The notes beneath the pieces are model-generated. The model was not told the DNA's origin. It ran no database searches and saw only the letters and a program-made list of their open reading frames with translations. Shown here piece by piece: positions 8,437 to 18,672 of a DNA stretch of 64,000 nucleotides. How positions within the stretch are numbered: position 1 is the stretch's first letter; each line of letters begins with the position of its first letter. The translations under genes were made by a program, and so were the position numbers. Source of the stretch: Candidatus Omnitrophota bacterium (GTDB lineage Bacteria; Omnitrophota; Gorgyraeia; JAGLLT01); NCBI GenBank assembly GCA_023140385.1, contig JAGLLT010000002.1, positions 24,295 through 88,294 on the forward strand, read 5' to 3'.

Positions 8437-11400
8437 ATGAATAGCAATATTGAAAAGAAAACCGATTTATTGCGGGATTTAGGTATAATTTTTTTATTAA
8501 GCCTTGTGCCCCTGATTTGGTTCAAAGGCGGAATAGCGGTGGCTGGTTCAGACGCTGTTTATCCGCTGTACAATCCCATCCAGTTTTATACAGCACGCTT
8601 TTTTATGTGGGATTCCCGCTATGGCGCCGGTATGCCATCTTCTATATACGCTACAAGTTTATTTTATTATTTGCCTCAGGTTATTTGCAATTTTTTCGGT
8701 ATGTCAGCAATCGCATCGCAAAAGATTCTTTTTGTTTTTTGGTTTTTTATGATGGGAGCGGCCATTTATTACATGGTTGCTGTTATTCAGGTAAAAGCGA
8801 ATCGCCTGCAAAGATTAATTGCTGTTTGTTTTTATACCTTTAATCCGCTGGTATTTAATATTTGGGAAGCGGGAAAAGCTGCCAATATTTCAGCTTATGT
8901 TGCTATGCCGGTAATATTAGCCTTTATAATTAAGGGATTAAGAAAAGATATAAGTTACTTTAAGGCTGCTATTTACATAGGACTATTTTCATTATTAGTG
9001 TCTGAAATGGGAGCCAGCCCTCCTATTTTTGCTATTCCTCTTTTGTTAATTACGTCTTACGCGATTTTCTATAGTATAAATAAACTGCTTTCAAAGAATG
9101 CGTTCAAAGACATAGGCAAAGCTATAAGCTTTTTTGTATTAATCATCTTGATTTTTGCGGGCCTAAACGCTTTTTGGTGGTTACCGTATTTGCGTGAAAT
9201 TTTTGTAAGGCTGATTGCCAGCGCGGAATCCGGGTTAGGGGCATTCAATTTGACTAACTGGCTTAAGGGTATAAGCACCCACACCTCTATTTTAAATGTT
9301 TCTCGTTTTCAGGGGGCGTGGGATTGGTACTATAATGCCAGAGATAATGTTCCTTATGTTCCTTATGCCAAAGTGTATTTTACTAATCCTTTTTTTATCT
9401 TTTGGAGCGTATTAATTCCCGCGACGGCTTATGCTGCGATTATTGTTAAAAAGAAATTTCATGAAGTTTTTTTTGTTGTTTTATGTGTAGTAGCCACGGT
9501 TTTAGGCTGCGGCGCTCATATGCCCACGGGTAAATTTTATTTGTGGATGACTGAAAATGTACCTTTTTTTCAGGTATTTAGAAGTCCGTACTATAAATTC
9601 GCGTTAATAATTTCCCTGGCATACGCGTATTTAATAAGTGTTACTTTGGCGTATGTGTATAAGAAAGTGAAAAACTCTTGCGAAAGAATCTTTTCGCGGC
9701 AAAAAAAGTATCTTATTAGGATAATACCCCCAACAGTAATAGTAATAATTTTATGCGGTAATTTTGTCTATAACTATCCAATGTTAAACGGACAGGTTAT
9801 TAGAATAAGAGAACCTGAAACATCTTTTTCTGTTGGCATAAAAGTTCCGGCTTATATAATTAATTTTGTCAAATACATGGATAGTCAAAAAAATGATTAT
9901 CGCGTTATCGCGTTGCCATCTTTACCGCTAAACGGATATAGATGGGGATATGTGGGGCCGCCGCATTTGCTCACCTTACTTTCATCAAGATCTATCCTGA
10001 GTGGTAGTGGTGGCGCTTCATATGCTGATAAGCTAAAAAATGTTTATTATAACGCGCTTTATGACAAAACTACACCATTAACTGCTCAAATATTAAAGGT
10101 TTTAAATGTAAAGTATATTTTAGTTCATAATGACGCCTGGTATGATTTCTTTAATTTCAAACTTTCTCCCGCTTTTCTGAAAAGTGCTTTATCTTATCAA
10201 GGAAAAATTGATTTATTAGGTAGTTTTGGAAAGTGGCAATTATATCAAAATCAGGATGATCCGGTTTATATTGGGGGAGCATTCGGTTTAGCTATGTTAG
10301 TCGGCGAGATGTCAGCTTTTGCTCCGTTAAGTTATATTAATGTTATGAATGACTTGCCCGTTATTTTATCCAGTCAAAAAATAAATCATGCTTTCATTAA
10401 AGAGGAACTTGATAGAGGAATTGAGAAAGTTTTCTTTTATAATGCTGATTTTTCTGATTTTGTATTTAATTTTATAGAGCCCGAACATAAAATTACTATA
10501 CTAAGTAACGATATACATAGTAATAACGGACTTATATTTAATTTTGAGGTAAGCATCGACGGTTTGTATCAAGTATGGATTGAACGGGATATATGCAGTA
10601 TATATAACCGCAATTTTAATGTAAAAATTGATGGACAAGCCGGGCAGGCCGGAAAGGATCTAATTCAGGACGATTTTTCTTTGAAATGGATTAACATCGC
10701 GAATTTTAATACAAAAAAAGGAAAACGCGTTATTGAACTAGGTTTAACCAATCAGGAAAAGAACTTGCTCGGAAATAAGGATATTAATTTAATTATATTG
10801 CCCAAATCTACTTTTGATACCTATAATGATTTATACCGTAATTTATTATTGACTTGCTTAAAAAGAAAAGGTAAAGGTTTGACATATTTTTTGTCATCAG
10901 AAAAAATGCAATCAGAGGTCAGATCCGAAGGTACTCAATGGAGCGGTGAATGCGATAGTCCAAAGTTAAGTAATGTTTTTAACTTTAAAAAAGATCCGGG
11001 AGAAGAGAAATGGAACTGGTTAATATTAGATAACGAAAAAACCATTAGTATAAGTAATAAAAGCAATGAAGAAGTTGTTACTAATGTTAAATTTGACGTA
11101 TTTTCATATGAAATAGATAGATATTTATATTACTATGTAAACGATATATATTTGTCAATGTGTTTTCTGCCGAAAGATAAGGCTCGTACAATAATTTTAA
11201 GGGGTATTAAATTAAAACCGGGTGATAATTATATTTCATTTTATTCTCCCGATAGAGGAAGTCGTAAATATGGAAGAAGTGTATCGTGCGCTTTTAAAGA
11301 TGTGGCTATAGGCAATGAATATTATAAAAGTGGCGTGTATATACCGAAATCGGGTGGTTACAATATTAGAATTTACCCTTATGATGACTTAGTTAGTGAA

Positions 11401-11952
11401 AACATTCAAACAAAGAATAAAAAGGTTTGTTTAGATGAAAAAGAAATATCATTTGGACTGAGAAATTTAAATGGTGTTAATTATTACGCGCATGAAAGCA
11501 TTTTTTTATCTGAAGGTTCGCATAATATTAACTTTAGGCAGATGAATATGGGTAAATGTTATCTTGAAATATCATCAAAAGTTAAGAATCAAGAATTTTT
11601 ACATCCTCTTAAGTACAAAAAAATTAATCAAACCAAATACAATGTTTCATGCGATAAAGATGAAATATCTTTTTTGTTTTTTCATGAAGCTTTTAACTCA
11701 CAATGGGAAGCACATATTATTAATCATGAATCAGGTAAAAAGTCTAAACTTAAACCCCATTTTATAATCGATGGCTACGCGAATGGATGGAAGGTTGACG
11801 GACCCGAGTATAAAAAAGGCTCAACTATAGTAATTAACTATAAGATACAAAACTTATTTTATTTAGGCCTATGTATTTCACTTGTTACTCTTGTTATATC
11901 TTTATCTTACCTATATTATAATTGCAAAAAGAAGGGACGTTGTAAAAAATGA
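8437..11952 (+). CDS. Large multi-TM protein, DUF3367/AftD-like putative GT-C glycosyltransferase (paralog 1 of 4)
   Basis: N-terminal ~450 aa TM domain with Asp after TM1 (GSD), NAFWWLP, RSPYYKF; large soluble beta-rich region; HF-DGYANGW; C-terminal TM plus basic tail. Confidence 0.65.
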   Translation: MNSNIEKKTDLLRDLGIIFLLSLVPLIWFKGGIAVAGSDAVYPLYNPIQFYTARFFMWDSRYGAGMPSSIYATSLFYYLPQVICNFFGMSAIASQKILFVFWFFMMGAAIYYMVAVIQVKANRLQRLIAVCFYTFNPLVFNIWEAGKAANISAYVAMPVILAFIIKGLRKDISYFKAAIYIGLFSLLVSEMGASPPIFAIPLLLITSYAIFYSINKLLSKNAFKDIGKAISFFVLIILIFAGLNAFWWLPYLREIFVRLIASAESGLGAFNLTNWLKGISTHTSILNVSRFQGAWDWYYNARDNVPYVPYAKVYFTNPFFIFWSVLIPATAYAAIIVKKKFHEVFFVVLCVVATVLGCGAHMPTGKFYLWMTENVPFFQVFRSPYYKFALIISLAYAYLISVTLAYVYKKVKNSCERIFSRQKKYLIRIIPPTVIVIILCGNFVYNYPMLNGQVIRIREPETSFSVGIKVPAYIINFVKYMDSQKNDYRVIALPSLPLNGYRWGYVGPPHLLTLLSSRSILSGSGGASYADKLKNVYYNALYDKTTPLTAQILKVLNVKYILVHNDAWYDFFNFKLSPAFLKSALSYQGKIDLLGSFGKWQLYQNQDDPVYIGGAFGLAMLVGEMSAFAPLSYINVMNDLPVILSSQKINHAFIKEELDRGIEKVFFYNADFSDFVFNFIEPEHKITILSNDIHSNNGLIFNFEVSIDGLYQVWIERDICSIYNRNFNVKIDGQAGQAGKDLIQDDFSLKWINIANFNTKKGKRVIELGLTNQEKNLLGNKDINLIILPKSTFDTYNDLYRNLLLTCLKRKGKGLTYFLSSEKMQSEVRSEGTQWSGECDSPKLSNVFNFKKDPGEEKWNWLILDNEKTISISNKSNEEVVTNVKFDVFSYEIDRYLYYYVNDIYLSMCFLPKDKARTIILRGIKLKPGDNYISFYSPDRGSRKYGRSVSCAFKDVAIGNEYYKSGVYIPKSGGYNIRIYPYDDLVSENIQTKNKKVCLDEKEISFGLRNLNGVNYYAHESIFLSEGSHNINFRQMNMGKCYLEISSKVKNQEFLHPLKYKKINQTKYNVSCDKDEISFLFFHEAFNSQWEAHIINHESGKKSKLKPHFIIDGYANGWKVDGPEYKKGSTIVINYKIQNLFYLGLCISLVTLVISLSYLYYNCKKKGRCKK

Positions 11953-13406
11953 AGATAATGATTTCATATCCGCCGATACCGAATGCTAAAGGAATACCTA
12001 TGCTTGGCCAGAACAGGCAGTTTCAATATTTTCACAATCCATCTTATATATACCCTATGGTACCCGCTTCCGCGGCTACTTTATTGCAGAGTCAAGGTTA
12101 TAAAGTTATCTGGAATGACTGTATTGCTAAAAGCATATCCTACGAACAGTTTATTGATATTTTTAAAAAGGAAAATTCCGATTTAATCGCGATTGAAACA
12201 AAGACACCGGTAGTAAAAAAGCATTACGCTATAGTAGATGAATTAAAAAAAATCAATCCAAAATGTATAGTTGTCCTGATGGGTGATCATATAACCGCGT
12301 TTCCGGATGAAGCTATGAACAGCTGTAGGGTTGATTACTGCATAACGGGTGGAGATTACGATTTTCTATTATTGAATATTTGCAAGTATATTGAAAATAA
12401 AAATTTACTTGAAAAGGGGATTTGGCATAGAGATGGAAAGCAAGTTGTTAATACAGGTAAATTTGAATTGAATCACGATTTGAATACATTACCCTTTATA
12501 GACAGGGAATTGACTCAGTGGAGTGATTATGGAGAGAAGCTTTATAAAGGAACCCCGTTTACCTATACAATGGTAGGCCGTGATTGCCCCTGGGCTAAAT
12601 GCACATTTTGTTCATGGACGACTCTTTTTCCGAAATTTAGGACACGTACTCCTAAAAGTCTTTTGGATGAAATTGGTTTTTTGATTGAACGTTACGGCAT
12701 AAAAGAGATATTTGATGATACCGGAACCTTTCCTTCGGGAAAATGGTTGGAAACTTTTGCTCAGGGTATGATTGAGAGAGGCTATAATAATAAAATATAT
12801 TTATCGTGTAATTTTAGATTTGATTATTTAACTCCGCAAAGAGCGGCACTAATGAAACAGGCGGGCTTTAGACTTATGAAGCTTGGGTTGGAGTCGGCGA
12901 GTGACGAAACTCTAAAACGCTTAAATAAAGGAAGCCGCGTTGATGATATAATAAATGGCTGCAAAATAGCCAAAAAAGCTGGCCTGACGGTTCATCTTAC
13001 TATGATGGTTGGCTATCCCTGGGAAACAAAGGAAGATATGTTAAAAACATTTAAATTAGCCAGGTATCTTATGCTAAACGGTTATGCCGATATGCTGCAG
13101 TCAACGACAGTAACAGCATATCCTGGTACTCCTTTATATGATCAGGCCTTGAAGAATGACTGGCTTAGGGTAGACCCGCGTGATTACGAAAGATTTGATA
13201 TGGGTGAGCCGGTATTCAAAAATCCAAATATCAAACCTGAAGAGATAACGCGAATTTGCAATCAAATATACAAGATTTTTTTGCATCCCAAATTTATATT
13301 TAATCATCTTAAAAAAGTTAGATCATTTGAAGATATTACCTATTTACTGAGAGGCGTAAAGCCGGTGCTGGGGCATATCAGAGATTTTATGAAAATAAGG
13401 AGATAA
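11949..13406 (+). CDS. B12-binding radical SAM protein
   Basis: N-terminal cobalamin-binding-type domain; GRDCPWAKCTFC (CX4CX2C); GLES; GYPWET; YPGTPLY. Confidence 0.88.
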   Translation: MKIMISYPPIPNAKGIPMLGQNRQFQYFHNPSYIYPMVPASAATLLQSQGYKVIWNDCIAKSISYEQFIDIFKKENSDLIAIETKTPVVKKHYAIVDELKKINPKCIVVLMGDHITAFPDEAMNSCRVDYCITGGDYDFLLLNICKYIENKNLLEKGIWHRDGKQVVNTGKFELNHDLNTLPFIDRELTQWSDYGEKLYKGTPFTYTMVGRDCPWAKCTFCSWTTLFPKFRTRTPKSLLDEIGFLIERYGIKEIFDDTGTFPSGKWLETFAQGMIERGYNNKIYLSCNFRFDYLTPQRAALMKQAGFRLMKLGLESASDETLKRLNKGSRVDDIINGCKIAKKAGLTVHLTMMVGYPWETKEDMLKTFKLARYLMLNGYADMLQSTTVTAYPGTPLYDQALKNDWLRVDPRDYERFDMGEPVFKNPNIKPEEITRICNQIYKIFLHPKFIFNHLKKVRSFEDITYLLRGVKPVLGHIRDFMKIRR

Positions 13407-13409
13407 TTT

Positions 13410-14102
13410 ATGCCGCGAATGAAATATTTGGATAATTTTGAAAAAACTGAACCCGACTTATTTCATAGTATTATCTTTGATTTTACTAAAGATCGCATAA
13501 AAGGTAAAAAAAGTTTAAATATCGGCTGTTGGACGGGAGGCTATGAGCAGATAGCAGATGAAAAAATAGATAATTTGTTTATGGCGAGTGTGGATATAGA
13601 TCATAAGGCTTTATGTACAGCCAAAGAAAATGTAAGAAATGTAAATTTTGTTGAAGCCGACACAGTAAGCTTACCGTTTAAAGATGAAACCTTTGATGTT
13701 GTTATGATGTTTTATGTAATTGAACACTTACCTTTAGAAAAAGAGAGAGAAATATTAAAGGAGATAAGTAGAGTAATTAAAACAGGCGGCGAATTTATAT
13801 GCGTAACCCATAATCATCAGTGGTTTGGCAATCTTTTTGATATTGCGTATTGGACGACAGGACATAGGCATTATAAAAAAAGTTATCTTGAAGAAATTTT
13901 AGAAAATTCAGGCATGAAAATTGACTTTTACGAACTGAGGGGAGGCATAATTTCTTCAATTTCTCCAATCTTTTTTTATCTCTTTAAGTACTGTTTTAAA
14001 AAAAACATATACAGGGATTCTAATTTTGTAAAAAGACTTTTAACTAATGAATTTAAGAAAAAAGGCTTTAGAGATATTTTTTTAATCGCGAAGAAAAAAT
14101 AA
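13410..14102 (+). CDS. Class I SAM methyltransferase (Methyltransf_11-like)
   Basis: LNIGCWTG motif I variant; LPFKDETFDVV; VIEHL; RVIKTGG. Confidence 0.85.
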   Translation: MPRMKYLDNFEKTEPDLFHSIIFDFTKDRIKGKKSLNIGCWTGGYEQIADEKIDNLFMASVDIDHKALCTAKENVRNVNFVEADTVSLPFKDETFDVVMMFYVIEHLPLEKEREILKEISRVIKTGGEFICVTHNHQWFGNLFDIAYWTTGHRHYKKSYLEEILENSGMKIDFYELRGGIISSISPIFFYLFKYCFKKNIYRDSNFVKRLLTNEFKKKGFRDIFLIAKKK

Positions 14103-14113
14103 AGGTTTAATTT

Positions 14114-15640
14114 ATGCTTAAAGATTATCTTATCGCGTTAGTTACCGCTTTGATCGGCCTATTTATACAAATAAGGCCCCGGCTTAGCAACCGGTATTTT
14201 GGTATTGATACATGGAGGCACTTATCGGTCGCTGACTATATAAGGAAGAATAAAAAATATCCAAAGTTAATGCCTGAACATTACCTTATTAATAAGCCTT
14301 CTGATTATCCTCCGTTTTTCCGTTTTTTATTAGCCTTGTTTCCAAAAAAAATGCTGGAAAAATATCAGTGGTTTGTTTCACCGCTCTTTGATTTCGCGCA
14401 CAATTTATTCCTTTTTAGTGTAGTTTATTGTTTTACGGGTAATTTTCTTATTTCGTTTTTTGCTCAAATAACCTATATGTTAAGTCCTATAGTTGTTATG
14501 GAAAATTCGAATCTGACAACTCGTTCCTTTGCTTCGCTGTTATTCAGCGGGTCTTTCTTTTCCCTTATCTGCTACACTACATTCGGAAATTATTTTTACT
14601 TGTTGATATCGGTTTTTCTCTTAACGATATTGTTATTGTCCCATCGGATGTCTATTCAGGCAATTTTTTTCCTTCTTGTAATTTTTTCACTAATTGAATA
14701 TAATTTCACATACATAGCCGTGTTAGCGGCTTCTATTATAATAGCCGCTCTTATCTCAAGAGGTTTTTATTTAAAAGTTCTTAAAGGGCACTTGGCTATG
14801 ATTAGATTCTGGTTCATGCATATTGATAATAGATACGCCCATCAGATAAGAGGATCTTTAGCAAAAGATCAAAAAAACCCCGATGCGGTCTTCAGAATAT
14901 ATCAGCTTGTCCAAAATATACCCTTCATAGCTGTTTTCGCCGCGAATCCTTTTATTATATTTGTTCTCGCGTATCTATATTTTGACAAAATCAAGTTTTA
15001 TAATTTAAATACATTCGGTATTCCGCAAATGCTATTTTCGAAATTTGTTATTTGGAGTATTTTGTTGTTTGTAATCGGTGTAATAGTCAGACAGATAAAA
15101 AAGTTAGGCTGTATTGGAGAAGGCGAGAGGTATCTGGAATATTCAGCGTTTCCCATAGCGATCGTTACGGCTGTATTTATTATAAATGGACTGACAAGAG
15201 GCCAATGGGGAATATTTTTAACGTTTTTGATTGTAGCTGTATTTGGAGCGCTGCTGCCAACGCTCTTTATACAACAGCAAGTTATAGTTAAAGATTCTAA
15301 GCGCTCTGTTAATAGCGATTTAAGAGGAATTTTCGATTATATAAATTGTATACAAGGTAAGGTGAACATTATGACGATACCTTTATATCTTGCTGATGCC
15401 GCGACATATTTTACTTCTGCCAGACTGCTTACAACCGACAATTCTATAGCCCACATAGTTGATTATAGCGATTTTTTTCCGGTTTTAAAAAAGCCCTTAA
15501 GTGAAGTTTTTAAAAGATATGATATAAATTATCTTTTTATTAATCAGGAGTATGTTAAACTATCTGAATTAAGTTTGCCTAAAAATAAAATAGTAAAAGA
15601 AAGTGGTTCCTATTGCTTAATTAAGGTACTATGTAAGTAG
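14114..15640 (+). CDS. Multi-TM protein, putative GT-C-fold glycosyltransferase (paralog of 4774..6303)
   Basis: YFGIDTW, SDYPP, YLKVLKGHLA, AHQIRG, GEGERYLEYSA and YDINYL are shared with 4774..6303. Confidence 0.6.
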   Translation: MLKDYLIALVTALIGLFIQIRPRLSNRYFGIDTWRHLSVADYIRKNKKYPKLMPEHYLINKPSDYPPFFRFLLALFPKKMLEKYQWFVSPLFDFAHNLFLFSVVYCFTGNFLISFFAQITYMLSPIVVMENSNLTTRSFASLLFSGSFFSLICYTTFGNYFYLLISVFLLTILLLSHRMSIQAIFFLLVIFSLIEYNFTYIAVLAASIIIAALISRGFYLKVLKGHLAMIRFWFMHIDNRYAHQIRGSLAKDQKNPDAVFRIYQLVQNIPFIAVFAANPFIIFVLAYLYFDKIKFYNLNTFGIPQMLFSKFVIWSILLFVIGVIVRQIKKLGCIGEGERYLEYSAFPIAIVTAVFIINGLTRGQWGIFLTFLIVAVFGALLPTLFIQQQVIVKDSKRSVNSDLRGIFDYINCIQGKVNIMTIPLYLADAATYFTSARLLTTDNSIAHIVDYSDFFPVLKKPLSEVFKRYDINYLFINQEYVKLSELSLPKNKIVKESGSYCLIKVLCK

Positions 15641-15672
15641 TTAAAATATAACAAGGCAGGCGGAGGAGTTAA

Positions 15673-16638
15673 ATGGCAAGAATATTGATTACAGGCGGAG
15701 CTGGTTTTTTAGGTTCATATTTGTGCGAAAAACTGTTAAAAAAAAGTAATAGTGTTATTGCCCTTGATATGTCAGACGGTTCAAAGGTAGAGCATCTTAT
15801 GGATAAGAAGGGTTTTCAATTCATTCAGGGCTCTGTTTTAGATAAAGACTTAATGGAAAGGGAGGTTTCTAAGGCAGATATGGTTTTTCATTTTGCGGCT
15901 ATTGCCGATCCAAAACGCTATATTCAGGAGCCATTAACCGTACTTGAGATAGATTTGCAGGCATCTTTAAATATTTTTAAAACGGCTGCCATGCATAAAA
16001 CAAAAGTTGTCTTTGCCTCAACCTCTGAATTATACGGGCGAAATCCCAATATACCCTGGAAAGAAGATGATGAGAGGGTTCTGGGTTCAACAGCTATAAA
16101 CAGATGGTGTTATTCTACGGCTAAGGCTGCTTCCGAGCATTACCTTTATGCTTACAATCAGCAAGAAGGTTTACCTTTTGTAGTGGTTAGGTTCTTTAAT
16201 GCTTACGGCCCCAGGTTGGATGATCTGGGCTCAGGACGTGTTATTCCTATATTCTTAAAGCAATTTTTAATGAATGAACCTATTACAATTCATGGAGACG
16301 GATCCCAGACCAGGACATTTATATATGTTGATGACGCGGTTGACGCGGTATTAAAAGTCGCGTTCTGTAAAAAGGCGGAGCAAGAAGCTTTTAATATTGG
16401 CTGTACGGATGAAATGTCCGTGTTAAATATTGCTAAGGTAATAAAAAAAGTAGGTAAATTTAATTCGAAATTCAAATTTATTCCGCATAAAAAAGTTTTT
16501 GGAAGTAAATATGAAGATATACCGCGAAGAGTGCCAAGCATAAATAAAATTAAAAGTTATTGCAATTGGCAGCCATCGACTTCTTTGGAAGACGGCTTAA
16601 TGAAGACTATTGAATATTATAGGAAAAAGGTTATTTAG
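15673..16638 (+). CDS. NAD-dependent epimerase/dehydratase (UDP-glucuronate decarboxylase/ArnA C-domain-like)
   Basis: TGGAGFLG, STSELYG, RWCYSTAK (YxxxK), RFFNAYGP, GDGSQTRTF. Confidence 0.9.
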   Translation: MARILITGGAGFLGSYLCEKLLKKSNSVIALDMSDGSKVEHLMDKKGFQFIQGSVLDKDLMEREVSKADMVFHFAAIADPKRYIQEPLTVLEIDLQASLNIFKTAAMHKTKVVFASTSELYGRNPNIPWKEDDERVLGSTAINRWCYSTAKAASEHYLYAYNQQEGLPFVVVRFFNAYGPRLDDLGSGRVIPIFLKQFLMNEPITIHGDGSQTRTFIYVDDAVDAVLKVAFCKKAEQEAFNIGCTDEMSVLNIAKVIKKVGKFNSKFKFIPHKKVFGSKYEDIPRRVPSINKIKSYCNWQPSTSLEDGLMKTIEYYRKKVI

Positions 16639-16643
16639 GCGGC

Positions 16644-17654
16644 ATGAATATCGTCGAAATAGATAATTCAACTTTAAAAAAGCTCTCTCCGCTTTTAAAT
16701 AAATATAAGTTCAAAAATTTTTATAGTTGCGGGGAGATTTTGAACGAAGAGAAAGTAGATTATTTTCTGCGCAAGCTTTCAAAAATTAAAAAAAATGGCA
16801 GAATTATAGCCATAGAAATAAAAGATAAAATTCGAGCATTTGGGTGGATAGAACTTTCCGATTGGGACACCAGGCATTTTGGATTTAAAATGGCCAAGGC
16901 TGGTTTAGTTAGCCAATCGGGATATTCAGATGATAAGAAATATGCGTCTATTTTATTAAATGAAATAGAAATGTATTGTATTGGCCAACAAATAAAACAT
17001 ATTACTATACGTTTACCCTTAAATCAGATATCTTTGATACACGCGGCGGAGGAGAATGATTACTTATTAATGGCTCAAGCAAATGCTTATATCAAGAGTC
17101 TAAGGAATTATGCGATAGAAACTTGCAATTCAAGTATAAGGTTGAGATTTTGTCAGCCCGCAGATTTAAAAAAATTACGTGAAATTACAGAAAAGTCATT
17201 CCGGCCGCGAAGTGGATGGTTTGACAGGTTTCATAATGATCCCATGCTTTCAGATGAGAAAGCCGATCTTCTCTATAAAGAATGGATAAACAATTGCTAT
17301 AAAAATTATTTGAAAAAAGCGAATAATAAAATTATTGTTGCGACTTATAAAGCTAAAGTGGTTGGATATTTAAGCGGTGAATTAGATTCGGAAGCTACTA
17401 AGTCATTTGGGAAAAAAGTAGCATATATAACCTTAAATGCGGTTGATGAAGCATATCGCCGGCGTGGAATTTACGGTTTATTGGTTCAAGAAGTTCTTAA
17501 CTGGTTTAAGGAAAAAAATGTAGACTTAGTTCATATTCTTACTCAGAGCGGGACTATTGGAGTTCAAAAAGTATGGATAAAGCAAAAAGACGTATCTTCT
17601 GAAACGCAATGTGTCTATCATAAATATTTAGGAAAAACTAACCGAAAAATATAA
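16644..17654 (+). CDS. GNAT acetyltransferase, WecD (dTDP-fucosamine acetyltransferase)-like
   Basis: WDTRHFG, RFHNDP, LYKEW and AVDEAYRRRGI (acetyl-CoA binding) motifs. Confidence 0.75.
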   Translation: MNIVEIDNSTLKKLSPLLNKYKFKNFYSCGEILNEEKVDYFLRKLSKIKKNGRIIAIEIKDKIRAFGWIELSDWDTRHFGFKMAKAGLVSQSGYSDDKKYASILLNEIEMYCIGQQIKHITIRLPLNQISLIHAAEENDYLLMAQANAYIKSLRNYAIETCNSSIRLRFCQPADLKKLREITEKSFRPRSGWFDRFHNDPMLSDEKADLLYKEWINNCYKNYLKKANNKIIVATYKAKVVGYLSGELDSEATKSFGKKVAYITLNAVDEAYRRRGIYGLLVQEVLNWFKEKNVDLVHILTQSGTIGVQKVWIKQKDVSSETQCVYHKYLGKTNRKI

Positions 17655-17716
17655 AGTTTATAACTGCAAAAGAAAAACCAGCCAAAATTGTAAAAATAGA
17701 AAATAGGGAGGCCTTT

Positions 17717-18664
17717 ATGACTAATAAACTTTATTTATCAGTGGTCATACCGGTATATAATGAGAAAGATAGCATTAGGCTGCTTTATGAGAAGTTGAAG
17801 AGTTCGCTATCAAATTTTAAGGATTACGAAATAATATTTATTGACGATGGCAGCAAAGATAACAGTTTTGAAGTAATAAAGCAAATAGCTATTAATGACA
17901 AAAGAGTAAAAGCTATTCAGCTAAAAAAGAATTTTGGCCAAACCATAGCTATTTCAGCCGGTTTTGATCATGCCGGAGGCAAAGTCATAGTTACTATGGA
18001 CGCGGATTTACAAAATGATCCGGAGGATATTCCAAAACTTATAACTAAATTGGAAGAGGGGTATGATGTTGTAAGTGGTTGGAGGAAAACTAGAAAAGAT
18101 CCGCTTAGTAAAAGAATGCCTTCCAGAGTAGCTAATAAAATTATTTCTTTAGTTACGGGAATTAAACTGCATGATTTTGGTTGTACATTAAAGGCGTATA
18201 GGAGTGAAATAATTAAAAATCTTAAGCTTTATGGAGAGATGCATAGATTCCTGCCGGCTTACGCGCAGTGGGCGGGAGCCAAAATCGCGGAAGTTGAAGT
18301 TAAACATCATCCTCGTTCATATGGACAAACAAAATATGGGCTTGCCAGAACCCCATCAGTAATTATCGATCTAATAACTACAAAGTTTTTAATCGCGTTT
18401 TCTACCAAGCCGAGTCATATTTTTGGTGCATTAGGCTTGATATTGATATTAACGGCAATGCTATTAAGTTTATTTATTACGATAAGGAAATTTTGTTTTG
18501 GCGGTGAATGGGTGAGTCCGCTTATATTTATTATAACCATATGCTTTATAACAGGAATTCAGTTCATCCTCATGGGGCTCTTGGGGGAGATATCCATTAG
18601 AACATATCATGAGTCTCAAAATAAATCTCCCTATTTAATTTCCCAATTTATTAATAAGGATTAA
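17717..18664 (+). CDS. GT2 undecaprenyl-phosphate glycosyltransferase (ArnC/GtrB-like) with 2 C-terminal TMs
   Basis: VIPVYNE, DDGSKD, NFGQT, MDADLQNDP, DFGCTLKAYR, GEMHRFLP, GLLGE. Confidence 0.9.
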   Translation: MTNKLYLSVVIPVYNEKDSIRLLYEKLKSSLSNFKDYEIIFIDDGSKDNSFEVIKQIAINDKRVKAIQLKKNFGQTIAISAGFDHAGGKVIVTMDADLQNDPEDIPKLITKLEEGYDVVSGWRKTRKDPLSKRMPSRVANKIISLVTGIKLHDFGCTLKAYRSEIIKNLKLYGEMHRFLPAYAQWAGAKIAEVEVKHHPRSYGQTKYGLARTPSVIIDLITTKFLIAFSTKPSHIFGALGLILILTAMLLSLFITIRKFCFGGEWVSPLIFIITICFITGIQFILMGLLGEISIRTYHESQNKSPYLISQFINKD

Positions 18665-18672
18665 ATAACACC

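Noticed and set aside
4774-15640. Calling the 509 aa pair oligosaccharyltransferases (PglB/AglB) or Wzy/WaaL
   Set aside because: No WWDxG motif and no recognisable O-antigen ligase/polymerase signature; kept as generic putative GT-C.
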